Counted from the first letter of the whole stretch, positions 37,717 through 49,848 are shown. The stretch is DNA of 62,737 nt, filler included, from Globobulimina sp. (GCA_003354225.1; 35 parts of 35 records of this genome joined end to end with filler, not necessarily neighbours in it); one strand, 5' to 3'. Notes: generated by a model not told the origin, from the sequence alone. Program-made: numbers and translations.

Positions 37717-39411
37717 CTCTACAGATCCGACGGCGTTCCCTACCTTTATACCTACCGAAGATCCCACATACTTTCCGACGCCGTCTCCCGTCCAAACTAC
37801 CCCAGACTGTCCGGCCATCGTCAGTCGCGAGTTATTATTGGATGCCTTTTTCGTGGTGGACTCGTCGTGTCGCGCTGTAGATGACGACGATTATTGCCAA
37901 TTGCGACAAGAGTTGATTGCGGAGTTAATGACGAAGATTAAAGGCGTGGATAGCGCTCATGGCGCGAATATTGCTGCGAGAGTGGGATATATTCGATTTG
38001 GGCAAAATAAGAATGATGCCACGATTGTGGTGTCGTTAGATGATGAAGATTATAATGTCGGTCCGGTGAAAAGGGCAGATATTATCAATTATTATCGAGA
38101 TATACGGAGTTATGGCTGTGCAGCGCCTCAACCGTCGACTGGTACGGATTTGGCTGATGCGTTATTTACAGCGACCAAACGATTGCGAGAAGCGGATCCG
38201 AATTATCAAAGAGTGCCTAAGATTATTGTATTCAGTGATTGTGAGAACACAGAGGGAGATATTTGTGCTTATCAAAGTAAAATAGATGGAGATAAAGCTT
38301 CGGGTAAGAGAGCAGTGGATGTAATATTTGTCAATCTGGGCGAGCCGGAGATTATTGATTTTGATTATGGTCTATGTTTAGCTCAAGCGACTGATGTATT
38401 TAATAAAGATTTAGGCTCTGATCCACTTGAGGCGATTGTTGGCGATGTATTTCCCAATATTTGTACCATTCCTACCTCGGATCCAACAAGTTTTGTATAT
38501 TTCTATCCGCAAATTCGCCACAAAATTATATACGCAAAATCGCATTAAAATAAAAAAAAATTAACAGGCGACCCAACACGCGATCCGACCACAGACCCAA
38601 CCCGTCATCCAACGCCATCACCGACTCGCACTGGTTGTATTGAGGAAAGATATTTAGATGCATGGATTTTAGTGGATGTGTCTACGCCAATGAGCCATTC
38701 TGAGTGTGTGAACCAGCAATATTTAGCGGCAGAGTCATTATTAACATTTCGAACATCGGGAACACGATTAATTAACGGTATGGAAAATTTTATGATTCGT
38801 GTTGGTTATATGGAGTTTGGTACGATTACGTCGACAGACAGTGATTGGTCGGTGATTGTGGATATTGCCGCATTTCCATTTAATAAATGTGGCGAATTCG
38901 TATGTTCAGCCAACACAAATGGACAGTATTTAATCACTGAAAATTATGGCGAAACGGCGGAAAGCATCAACAAAGAATATTATGATATAATTAATGGGCG
39001 GGCCTCTGTTCTTTGTGGCGCAGTGGCACTGACACCACTCGGTGGTCGATTATTTGATCCAAATTTAATTCAAGCCGTTAAAAAAGCGTACGGGAATTCG
39101 CAGGAGCAGCACGACACCATTTTGGTGATATTTAGTAACAGCGGCATTGAAGACGATGCGCGCGACGCTTTTTGCACGGATTGGGTGCCAGAGAATATTG
39201 ACAATGATCCGGCATCGGATGCGAATGGCATTAATGTGGTAATGGTGAACTACAATCCAGCACCGCTTGTTCCATTTGATTTTGCCCCTTTTGTTGGCAC
39301 AGTTTGGTCGCATTTAATAAATATGGCCAATCCATCCACATATATTTCGTGTTTGACTGAATATGATCCCACCAATCGAATATTTGTCAAGAATTCAGAA
39401 GCTGATAATGT
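37717..39411 (+). CDS. Surface/adhesion protein with tandem vWA domains and PT linkers (intron about 38490-38567), partial at both ends
   Basis: DAFFVVDSS, RVGYIRF, IIVFSD; second unit DAWILVDVS, RVGYMEF, LVIFSN; PTxDPT repeats. Confidence 0.8.
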
Positions 39412-39650
39412 NNNNNNNNNNNNNNNNNNNNNNNNNNNNNNNNNNNNNNNNNNNNTTAATTAATTAANNNNNNNNNNNNNNNNNNNNNNNNNNNNNNNNN
39501 NNNNNNNNNNNGCCATTTAAAATATCAATATTTACTCGCTCGACTCACGCAAAATTGCTTCTCATTAGTGTCCTCGGGTAAAATAAAATGCTCCTAGAGT
39601 ACAAATTTGCTTTCAATGCTTAAAATTGCTTTATTCTTTTGCATTTTTGC

Positions 39651-39999
39651 ATCATTTATTATCAACTTCTCACACAACAGACACCAGCCAGCCAGAAAGG
39701 TGGTTTTAAAATAAATAAGACCTACTTTCAAATTGATATTGTCTCATGTCACCTTGCTCTAGCTTTTGCAAGGTAAATTTACTGGCCGATTGACTGAATT
39801 GAGCCAAATAGCTAGCCAATTATGCTGTTTTATAGTAAGCCAACATCAAAACCCCCTCTTGAGTAGAATCATTTATTATCAATTTCTCACACAACAGACA
39901 CCAATCAACCAGAAAGGTGGTTTTAAAATAAATAAGACCTACTTTCAAATTGATATTGTCTCATGTTACCTTGCTCTAGCTTTTGCAAGGTAAATTTAC
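39651..39999. repeat. 132-bp direct duplication (39651-39782 and 39868-39999) of the capsid 3' end and AATAAA signal
   Basis: Copies differ at only about five positions. Confidence 0.95.
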
Positions 40000-41206
40000 G
40001 CTCAAATTCCATCATGACTAAGACAACAATATTACTAGTTAGTGGTGTTTCTTTAAAGTGAATCATTAGTTCACACGCACCAGAACCTGCTCTGCCATAT
40101 TGTACGGAAGATGCCGTATGATCAGGGGAAGTATCAAATACATACATTGTATAACCTGCATCAAATTCGTTATAAGGTACTGGTCCAAATTGACAGTCGC
40201 CACTAGTTTGCCCCAGTTCTTTGAATAAACCATAATATGCATCCATGTAAGTGTTTTCGTCATAATTCATTACATAGCCACCCCTGTATGGTTTGTCAAC
40301 TGAATTTACACGAACAACAACATTATCAACATTATGAGGGATAAAATTAAGCCTGTTCTCTTTATACTCCCCATTGTAAGCAGTTTCGGTTATCAATCCA
40401 ACAATTATTCTTTTTGGTAGGATGCCACTTGCTACAGTTACAGGCCCAAAGTAGCTTAACGTTTTTTCATGTAGCATATGCAATAGTTCACGATGAACAT
40501 AGGGGTATACACATTGCGGTACTGCTGATTGTTTGGCACGTATTCTACCAACTTCTAATCTGGCATCCTCTATCTCAATGACATATTCCGGTTTGGGGGC
40601 AGTGGCTGCTGGCCAATTGGCAAGTAAGCAAGCCTTGGCATCGTGAACGTAGAAGTTCAGGCCTATATCGATTCCATCAAGAAGCGGTTTTGACACTTTC
40701 AAACAATCAACTAACACCTGCCCCTTTAATTCGCAGGTTTTTGATTTGTCTATGCGATTAGCTCTTGAGAATGCACCAGGGTTAAGCGTAGCATTTTGCA
40801 CACTAACTAAATTAAATGCTCCAGCTTTGTCGGGATCCCAGAGACCAGATGAAAACATAGAACTTTTAAGAGAATGAGGGGCGTGGAGTAAAAGGGATAA
40901 ATAGGTAAGGTGTTGGTAAGTTTGATGTGTTGTGTAGACTGTAACACCATTAAAGTCTACTGTAATGTCCTGAAAAAATAGTAACAAAACGATTTGTTGT
41001 AAAATCAACTCCTTTATTTCCGTACTTTAAACATTGTGTAGAAGAAACCTGAATAAGGTGCCACATTTTCTCCTTCCTCTAGTTTTTTCAGCTCTCCTCC
41101 AGCACCTTTACTCAATATTTTAAATTTTAAGTAAAGCACAATATTGTTAGGGTCGATAAATTCTCATTTAATTGATTTTATAAGAAATTTAAAAGGAGCA
41201 TCAGCC
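39923..41206 (-). mobile_element. Polinton/adintovirus-type double jelly-roll major capsid gene with intron 40970-41025; TGA at 41164-41166; 5' partial
   Basis: FIDPNNIVLYLKFKI, YTMFK|DITVDFNG, PKRIIVGL...AYNG...NRLNF, AYYGLF, GYTMYVFDTSPD, LMIHF...VLVMMEF match the Polinton MCP pattern. Confidence 0.85.
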
Positions 41207-41306
41207 NNNNNNNNNNNNNNNNNNNNNNNNNNNNNNNNNNNNNNNNNNNNTTAATTAATTAANNNNNNNNNNNNNNNNNNNNNNNNNNNNNNNNNNNNNN
41301 NNNNNN

Positions 41307-41906
41307 ATTGGTGGTGTTGTTGGATATGCAATCAATGATGAATTTGGGTTACCCATCGGCATGGGTGTCATGTGTATTGTTATAAGTGTTATATTAAGAG
41401 GGTACAAAGATATATTTTTTATCCTTTCTGCTTTATTAACATCCGCGACATATCGGGGGATACTAAAGCACCCCTCGGTAAAAATCATTTTGCTATTAAT
41501 TGTTTTGACAATAGGGCTTACCTGCTATCACCAAGTAAATTCGGGCGAGATCAGAGGATTGTGCTGGAAGGCTGAGAAGGCACATTCATTAGAACAAAGA
41601 AAGTCCTTTCTCCTGCAAGCCGGTGAAATACCTAATTTAGGATCACTTATTTCACTATTCCCGTGGGCAACGGCGTCCTCTAACCCAATGACGAAATGTG
41701 AGTGGGTGCAAGATGAGTTAGATAAGGTGTTGACTCAGGGCGAATGCAGCAAATATATTTTGAAAGATGTTCCATGCAAATGTGGGAAAATAGATTGGCT
41801 CCCTGATGCCCCTGTATGTAAGGATTTGACAAGTACATCTCCCATGTGCCGCGTTATAAATTGGGAGACGATGGAACATAAAATAGCATGCAATTATGGA
41901 CATTAG
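41307..41906 (+). CDS. Hypothetical membrane protein with Cys-rich C-terminus, 5' partial, probably not from the AT-rich host
   Basis: Frame open from the contig edge, about three TM segments, intronless. Confidence 0.5.
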   Translation: MGGVVGYAINDEFGLPIGMGVMCIVISVILRGYKDIFFILSALLTSATYRGILKHPSVKIILLLIVLTIGLTCYHQVNSGEIRGLCWKAEKAHSLEQRKSFLLQAGEIPNLGSLISLFPWATASSNPMTKCEWVQDELDKVLTQGECSKYILKDVPCKCGKIDWLPDAPVCKDLTSTSPMCRVINWETMEHKIACNYGH

Positions 41907-42285
41907 GCCCACGGACGGGGAGCGTCCGCAGACCGATGTCGGTCGCGTTTCATGTTTTGGAGGTGGTGACAATGTTGGATAGAAGAATGCTCGGGATTCC
42001 CAACTGCGTGGGCAAGAAGGCCATCGAGGTCGACCTCGATCCGACGGGGTGGCCAGCGGCTCCCCTCGCCCACAGGCGGCAGGTTGATGTCGGCTAACGG
42101 GGCGAAAGTTGAACAGGGAATTTTATCTCAATCAGTTAGCTGTTATGCGGTCTGGGGTTTTTATTAAATAAGCGTTTGTTGCAGATCAGAAAAAGCAACA
42201 TATCTGGGGGATTTGAATCAGGTAGATTATAACATAGTATATGGATTTGGCCATACCTGTGATTAATTCGGAAGCACAACTAATC

Positions 42286-42320
42286 AAAAAAGGCAGTATG
42301 CCATTTCAGGCATACTGCCC
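42286..42320 (-). terminator. Rho-independent terminator
   Basis: 11-bp stem GGCAGTATGCC/GGCATACTGCC followed by T6 on the minus strand, downstream of the ORF ending at 42397. Confidence 0.8.
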
Positions 42321-42396
42321 TAATAAAAAACGTGATATTCTTCTTTCTTATATTTCCTGAATCACACAGGAACTCTCAAACCGGAACCTATTCTAA

Positions 42397-42660
42397 TCAA
42401 TCCGCTCTACCAAAATTATTCGCAAAGTCAGGTAAGTCTGAAAAATCTGAACCGGCAGCATACTCGGCCAAATCAAGACCGTCCACATCATCGTCATTAT
42501 CAAAATCTGCCCAGAAGATGATATCAATATTAGTTGCAATATAGACCATATCTGTCCACCCCAATCCATATATTATGGAAAACATCGATCCATCAGTAAT
42601 TGTGTCTTCAGCAGCATTCATAGTGAAGGACGGAATGGTCAGTTCAACAGTAGCAGGATC
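42397..42660 (-). CDS. C-terminal fragment of a bacterial secreted protein with a dockerin/EF-hand-like tail
   Basis: ADFDNDDDVDGLDLA...FANNFGR; 5' part lost at a junction near 42665. Confidence 0.7.
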   Translation of the reverse strand, partial: DPATVELTIPSFTMNAAEDTITDGSMFSIIYGLGWTDMVYIATNIDIIFWADFDNDDDVDGLDLAEYAAGSDFSDLPDFANNFGRAD

Positions 42661-43326
42661 ACCTTGTTATGGGTCTTTGTATGGCCTTGTATTATTTTTT
42701 AATGTTTTCGGGTTTGGAGTAGTTCTGCAGTAGAATTGGTGTTGCCATAAGCTCTCTTTTCCGTGCCATTTCCATACTGGCATACTTGTCAAGACTATCA
42801 AGCCGGGCATGGTCGGTTATTTCCTTCAGGTCCGATTTGCTCAAACCCATTTGTCTCGCTGTTCCATACCACCCCACCAATATTTACCGTGCCATCCCAG
42901 GAAAACAGTCCCCGGGAAACAACTTGGTCACCATCCCAAAACCCAGATCCAGCAGCGACATGAAGCATCCCATTCGCCGAATCTAGATCGCGAATCCCCG
43001 ANNNNNNNNNNNNNNNNNNNNNNNNNNNNNNNNNNNNNNNNNNNNTTAATTAATTAANNNNNNNNNNNNNNNNNNNNNNNNNNNNNNNNNNNNNNNNNNN
43101 NAAAAAAAACGCAAATACTACAAATTCACTCTCGCCATGCGATTCAAAACTGCGTTGGTATGATGGTGGCAAATATCGTCGGTATGAGTCTCGATTTGAA
43201 GCTGGGCAATCATTTCTTGTTGGTAACGAAGGCATTATTAAACTAGTAGAAAAATGCTAGACCTATTTTAAATTACGCTGTCAATATCAAACAATGATTT
43301 TTCAACAACAGTGAATGTCAAGTGTA

Positions 43327-44142
43327 CTATTCCCATTTCTTCCGCCCATAATAATAAGATTCGCCATCAATGGGTTTGCCAGTATCATCATAGGGATCAG
43401 CCATTCCTAAGTCCACCTTTTTAACCAAATTATGAAATCTCCGGACAACATCGCGTTCATAAATCAATGCACAACCAAAGTTTTGAAACAGTGTGTTTTG
43501 CATATTAAATAACCGCGCGGCTGTGGCCAGTCCGCAGATCTCCACAGTGATCCTGTATTTGTTCAAGTATTCGACCCATTGTGGTGGTGTTGGGCACGGC
43601 ATTGAATATCCACAACCAATGAATATATGTCCTATATATATATCACACAGTTATTATCATAAAATACATTAAATTTCGTGAACTTGCAACTTACTCAATG
43701 CAGGGTAATGAATGGTAGCCAATGCAAAGTGTTCGGGTGTGACTTCTTCCATATTTGTTACATTCCATTTTGTGACAAATTGTGGCATTACAAACAAAGA
43801 ATGTTGGTATTTTTTCCCATCGATTTGAATATCATCATCAAAAAAGCCATCAATATTCATAAATCCAGGCGGTGGCCTTTCGGGATGAATATCGACCGGC
43901 TTTTCCCACGGCAAACCATCTAATTGTGGCTCGAATTCGGGTCCTAATGAGATACCACCGCCGCCTACACGTATGGATGGTCGTTTGGTGGTTGTTGCTG
44001 ATGGGATATTGAATTTTCCTCCGGGGAATTGCTCCTTCGTACCAATGTTACTAAAACCATGTTTTGGAATATAAACGAATGTTCCATTATAATTGTATAG
44101 TGCTCTCCTTACATGTTTGCAGACCTTCAGCGTTGGTGCCAT
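43327..44142 (-). CDS. NDUFAF3/Mth938-domain mitochondrial assembly factor (intron about 43632-43691)
   Basis: IDGF...IDG..YQHSLFVMP...W, IFIGCG, VEICGLATAARLFN. Confidence 0.75.
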
Positions 44143-44195
44143 GATCTATTGCAAAAAAAACAATAAATTTAAGTTCAACTCAGAATAAATAAAAG

Positions 44196-44796
44196 ATGGA
44201 ATGTGTTTGTTGTTTTAGTTTATCCACAGAAAAGAAATTATATGAATGCCAATTTCCAAACTGTCCGCATTTAAATAAGTTGTTGTGTATGTCATGTGGA
44301 CAAACCATTCATCGCAATATTAGAGATCATACATTTTGTATTAATAAGCAACAAAAATCCAAACCTGAAATGAAACACCAATCAACCAATAAATCTCCTC
44401 GCACTGCTTCTCCATTATTACCAACAAAAGATATCAAAAAACATATCGTAACATGCGGAAGTGCTGCCGCTTCGATATTGGCCTCACAAAATCCAATTGG
44501 TGCGGCCGTCGGTGTGGGCTTTGAGGTTACCAAAGAAAGTTATAATTATTATAACAATGACATTCTCGATGAAAAGGGCAATAAAGACAGGGAAGAATAT
44601 GTTCGGTTATTGGGGAAATCATTGTGTATTCCGATATCATCATTTCTCTGTGGGGCAGCCGTAAAAGTGCTATTTGTAGGCACTGGCTGTGGATGGGTCA
44701 TAGCAATGGGTTATGGCGTTTTAGGCTCAATTTTATCGCAAAAGGCCTTTGAGAAATATTTACCAGAAACCAAACAGAAAAGAAAAGAATTAAAAT
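44196..44796 (+). CDS. Protein with N-terminal B-box-like Zn motif and Gly-rich hydrophobic segments, 3' partial
   Basis: CVCC, CQFPNC, LCMSCGQTIH...H. Confidence 0.55.
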
Positions 44797-45073
44797 NNNN
44801 NNNNNNNNNNNNNNNNNNNNNNNNNNNNNNNNNNNNNNNNTTAATTAATTAANNNNNNNNNNNNNNNNNNNNNNNNNNNNNNNNNNNNNNNNNNNNTTCA
44901 GTTCGTGGTGAAAGATATGAAATTAGATGATTTTGCAGATGTCGAGGATAATGCATATTAATTCCTGTGTAGCAATAACACGAAAAAAAAGGTATGAAAA
45001 AATAACAGCACTAAAAAATCTTTGTAAAATTAGAATAAATTTAAAACAACACATTGCAATTATGCTCAAATAT

Positions 45074-46228
45074 TTATATTCTCGATATCGGCACATTATC
45101 TTTATTCATCAAAATTTCTCTAATCTTATGACTTAAAACACCTATTTCTTGGTTCGAAATAGTTTCTGCTTTTGGCCCTGTAAATAGTGTTGATCCAATT
45201 CTCCAAATACGATCATTCATTTCAAGATCAGAATATAATAATTGAGGATATTGCGTATAATGTTCTAATATGGAACCAGGAAAAAATGCCAGTGTAATAC
45301 TATCATTGATTACATCTGTGTCACTTGAATTGGAATAATTGGATTTTGATGTAACCTTTAATAAATATTTTTTATTGCCTCTAATAAAATATAAACCTTG
45401 TTGCGCTCCACTTTGTTTGTTTTTAATTCGATTATAATTTGTATTTGGAATAAACATTTCAAAAGTTAAAGTTGTGTTGTCATCCAAATGTTTGGTTCTT
45501 GCTTCCAGTAATTTACGAATAAATATTGGGTCACGAAATTGTTTATGAATAAATGGATATTTTTCTTGAGTAAAATTTGCAAAATAAAATGGTAATCTTT
45601 GATGTAATGAAATGTCTCGAAATAAACATGCAAAATTTTGTAATTCATAATCAGAACAATCAATACTAGGGAAATACCATCGATTTATAATGCTCCATAA
45701 ATTACGTGCAATTTGATGTTGTGCTTGAAAAATTGGAAATGTATCAACCAAGAAACCAATATTATTTGTACCTGAAACAGATTTTGAAAGTTCTGTTAAG
45801 TGATTATTATGAAAAACTCTATTCAATGGGACAATGTTTTCAATATTGGATATCCATTCTGATATCAATGAATTTTTAATTTCCATTGTCACAAAAGATA
45901 ATTCATTATCGGAATAAGCAAACATTTTAATTTCATTACTTTTCTCAATATTTGAATCCATAATAAGTAATGGTGATAAAACGTGCATCAAACGTGAATG
46001 ATTTGCTAATGAAATTTTTTGTGGTTCAATTACAACTGTTTCTGTTATTTTATCAATCTTCTCTTTCCATTTAGATAATGATGCAACCTTGGATCCATCT
46101 TTTAAAAATTCATCATAGGTTTGTATTAAATCAGATGTTGTGAATGGTGCTCCAGGGACAGGCTCTATGGTTGCTATTGACGTTGGTATTGTTACTGATA
46201 GTATTATCGAGATAATGCATAGTGTCAT
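45074..46228 (-). CDS. Hypothetical secreted protein (384 aa)
   Basis: Complete ORF with signal peptide; no family recognised. Confidence 0.6.
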   Translation of the reverse strand: MTLCIISIILSVTIPTSIATIEPVPGAPFTTSDLIQTYDEFLKDGSKVASLSKWKEKIDKITETVVIEPQKISLANHSRLMHVLSPLLIMDSNIEKSNEIKMFAYSDNELSFVTMEIKNSLISEWISNIENIVPLNRVFHNNHLTELSKSVSGTNNIGFLVDTFPIFQAQHQIARNLWSIINRWYFPSIDCSDYELQNFACLFRDISLHQRLPFYFANFTQEKYPFIHKQFRDPIFIRKLLEARTKHLDDNTTLTFEMFIPNTNYNRIKNKQSGAQQGLYFIRGNKKYLLKVTSKSNYSNSSDTDVINDSITLAFFPGSILEHYTQYPQLLYSDLEMNDRIWRIGSTLFTGPKAETISNQEIGVLSHKIREILMNKDNVPISRI

Positions 46229-46870
46229 TGTGTTACAAATACACGTATTGTCAATGGAGATTGTATTGTCAATGGATGAATCAAATAATTGCGGAGTTGC
46301 GGAGTTGTGTTTATTGCACGCTCAGCACTCTTCAGCTGCATTACTATAAGTTGTGCAAATGGCCAGTCCAGGCAGTTAGGTCTATCAACTGTATGGATTC
46401 AACCCAAAATAGTTTTTTCATTCAGAAATATCATTCATTAACTTTCTATGAAGGACGGTAGTGAATTTTGTATCCTTTTTAGAAAAAACGGAACATGAAG
46501 TCCGACAGCCAACGATCTAAAAAAAACAATATTATTAAAGTTCAATCGAATTTTAGTTAGTTATTTAGATCTATTATATACAAGGAAACAANNNNNNNNN
46601 NNNNNNNNNNNNNNNNNNNNNNNNNNNNNNNNNNNTTAATTAATTAANNNNNNNNNNNNNNNNNNNNNNNNNNNNNNNNNNNNNNNNNNNNCCCATGGTC
46701 AGCATACTTAGTTACAAAGTGAAGCACTCAAATGTTAGTAAAAATAGAAAATTTAAATGTTGATTGAAGAAATGAACTAAAAGCAAAAACCCTATAGTCT
46801 AGTAAAAAACGTCTTTTTCAGATAAACAAGGGGGCGTTTTTGATCCGTTTTTCCTTTCTGTATCAGAAAC

Positions 46871-48385
46871 ATGTCTCTCTCTCTGTTTCAGATTCATGGA
46901 ATATCTAATTATCCCTCACATTTTATAAATGAACAACTAATATTGATTGAAAGCGGCACTATTTTATCATGTCTTAATATTGAAAATGGACAGCAACACT
47001 TTGTGTTAGCATTGACGGAATTCGATTCAATATTATGTGTTGCCTCTAATCCGTCAAATAAAATATTTGTGATTGCATTGCAAAGTGATAAAGCAGCAAG
47101 AATAGAATTATATAGTTTTGATGATATTGGTAAAATAACATTATTACATTCATTTGAAGAATGCAGCAGTGTCGGATATTCGCACATTGATATTTCAAAT
47201 AACGGCCAATATATGATAGCAATCTCAAATATTCCTCACCTCCAAATTGAATTTTGGAGTATCTGCCACAAACACAAGTTGGCATCGACTAACATCCAAT
47301 TTGATGACACAAAATACGTATGCTTTAGTCCAACCTCACACGAAGTGTTCATGACAGCCAATAACCATACAATTATTTTATGGAGAGTGTATTTTAAATT
47401 TGACCAATATTTTTTAACGCAAACTGTCCACTCATTGACGCAAACGCGGCAAATCACATCAATTATGTTTGGCGAAGGCGGAAATGAAATAATTTATTGT
47501 AATAATCTCGGAGAAATGGTCATTTTTGATGAGAACACCGCAGCACATGACTATAATCATAATATTAAGCATCGATTTAGCAAACCGGAGGCAATAATAT
47601 CTACATTATTATTTACTCGCTTTTATTATATTGTTATTGAATCCGATAAGGATGGAACAATTCAATTTATTTCAAAAAATAATTTCCAAAAAATCTATCA
47701 ATATAACTTAGGTTCGTCGATTAAACATTGTATATTTACCCCAAATTACAAGCAATTAATAATTGTTAACAAAGAAAATAAATTAATAAATTGTAGCATT
47801 AATCAGACGTTGTTAATAGATGATAATCAGCAATTCATTAAAGACACAAACTTAATTCAACAAAATGAAATTTTTAACTTCATTCAAATAAAACCCAACC
47901 AAGGTTTTAATATAATTGCATTACAAACAAATGATTGCATGTTATTCTCCACTCAACAAAATCTAAAACTCGTTCAATTATCAGATACAAATGCAAATAC
48001 ATTTGATTTTCCGATATGTAATGTATCCACAATGGAAGTATATCATTATAATCATGGAATAGATTTAATTGCCTTAGGTTTTGATGATGGCCATTTTGGT
48101 TTATGTTATGTTAATAATACAGCAAATGTAAAGTTATTTTTTGCTCAACATTTGTTCACAAAAAGTATAAAACAAATTGGATTTGATAGCAGTGGCACAT
48201 TAATTGCATGTATTTGTAATCAAGAGTCAAAAATATGGTTTGTTCGAATTGTCCCAGATGCAGAGCCACAAATCATTGGTTATTATGAATTGAATAATGT
48301 TCCTATATGTTGCTGTTGGGTAAGGGATGAAAGTGATAGTTTAAAAATAATCATCTCCTTTAATAACGGTGTTGTGTCAACCTAT
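46871..48385 (+). CDS. WD40 protein resembling axonemal CFAP43 (WDR96) N-terminus, 3' partial
   Basis: Divergent WD repeats; ISNNGQYMIAISNIPHLQIEFW resembles the CFAP43 pattern. Confidence 0.6.
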
Positions 48386-48594
48386 NNNNNNNNNNNNNNN
48401 NNNNNNNNNNNNNNNNNNNNNNNNNNNNNTTAATTAATTAANNNNNNNNNNNNNNNNNNNNNNNNNNNNNNNNNNNNNNNNNNNNAGAGGGAGTCTCCTA
48501 CATCAAATAATATGTTATAATCAAACAAATAAAAGCAAATACATGATAAAAAAAAGAAAAAATAAATAAATAAATAACTCACTCACTCATACCG

Positions 48595-49015
48595 TAAAAT
48601 AAAATAACTAAAAAAAATTCTGCGCACGAGTTGCTGCTGCAGGTCTATAATAAAATAACCATAAAAAAATTACTGTGCACGAGTTACTGCGGTGCACCTA
48701 AATAAAATAACCATAAAATAATAATTTCCATGCACGAGGTACGGCTCCGGCTCCTAAAATAAAATAACAAAAATAATAATTTCTATGGACGAGGTACGGC
48801 AGCGGCAGCACCTAAAATAAAATAACCAAAATAATAATTTCTATGCACTAGGTACGGCTCCGGGTGCACCTAAAAAAATAACCATAAAAAATAACCAAAA
48901 TAATAATTTCAATGTAAGAGGTACGGCAGCGGCTGCACCTAAAATAAAATAACCGTGAAATAATAATTTCTGTTCACGAGGTACCGCTGCGAGTGCACCT
49001 AAAATAACCATATAA
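48595..49015. repeat. Tandem array of 7 units (about 52-70 bp): AT-rich conserved segment plus variable GC-rich core
   Basis: Consensus TAAAATAAAATAACC(A)nTAATAATTTCTATGCACGAGGTACGGC..CGG.TGCACC. Confidence 0.9.
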
Positions 49016-49266
49016 AATAATAAAATAAAGTCCTAAAAATAAGTCCTGACAAATACAAAATCCACGGACTCCGAATAAATGTAATGCAATACCAATAAAT
49101 GTATAATATCAATTGTAATGCAATCACCAATAAACCAATAAACGAAGCCACGTAATAAATGTAATCGACTGTGATCTAGTCGCTATAATAAGACTCAACA
49201 TGGCGGAGTCATGGAGTTTGAGTGAGGAGTGAGGATGAGTCGGCAAATGTGTATTCAACATCGCAT

Positions 49267-49340
49267 ATTAAACATCGCAGTAATTAAACATCGCAGTAAT
49301 TTCCTTACAGGAAATTCGTATATTAAACATCGCAGTAATT
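49267..49340. repeat. Three copies of ATTAAACATCGCAGTAATT
   Basis: Two adjacent copies and a third about 20 bp downstream. Confidence 0.8.
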
Positions 49341-49848
49341 GTACTCAGTTTGTTCTTTATATGTATTGGCTATTTTGCTGCAATAAAACGGAAATTAATG
49401 TCCTTTTACGTGGATTGGATCATTGAAAACTATGTAAATTCTGATACCAAACAACCAATAAAATATGAAACAAACACATGGTTTGGATGGGTAATCCTCG
49501 CAACAAAAACCGATTCGGCCGAGTTATTTGTCATAATCGCCTGTATCGCAAAATGTTTATTATCCATAGCAATCATTGTTTATTTAATTATCCATCGTCG
49601 TATTCTCGTAGAAACGAATTTGTGCAGCATATTTATTTTATTATTTTCACTAAATGTCTCCATAAATTTATTATATGATTTTAAGTCCGATGGAGACATT
49701 TCCCTCCATATATATTGCATCTATGTATGCTCTGACTGTGATCCTATGATCTGTGATCTCACTATGATCTTACTGTGATCTATGTTGAAATATAATATAT
49801 TCTGTGCTCACTTCACTTAAATATAATATATTAATATTAATATCAATG

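Noticed and set aside
48595-49015. CRISPR array
   Set aside because: The variable segments are short and homologous to each other, the repeats are degenerate, no cas genes are present and the context is eukaryotic
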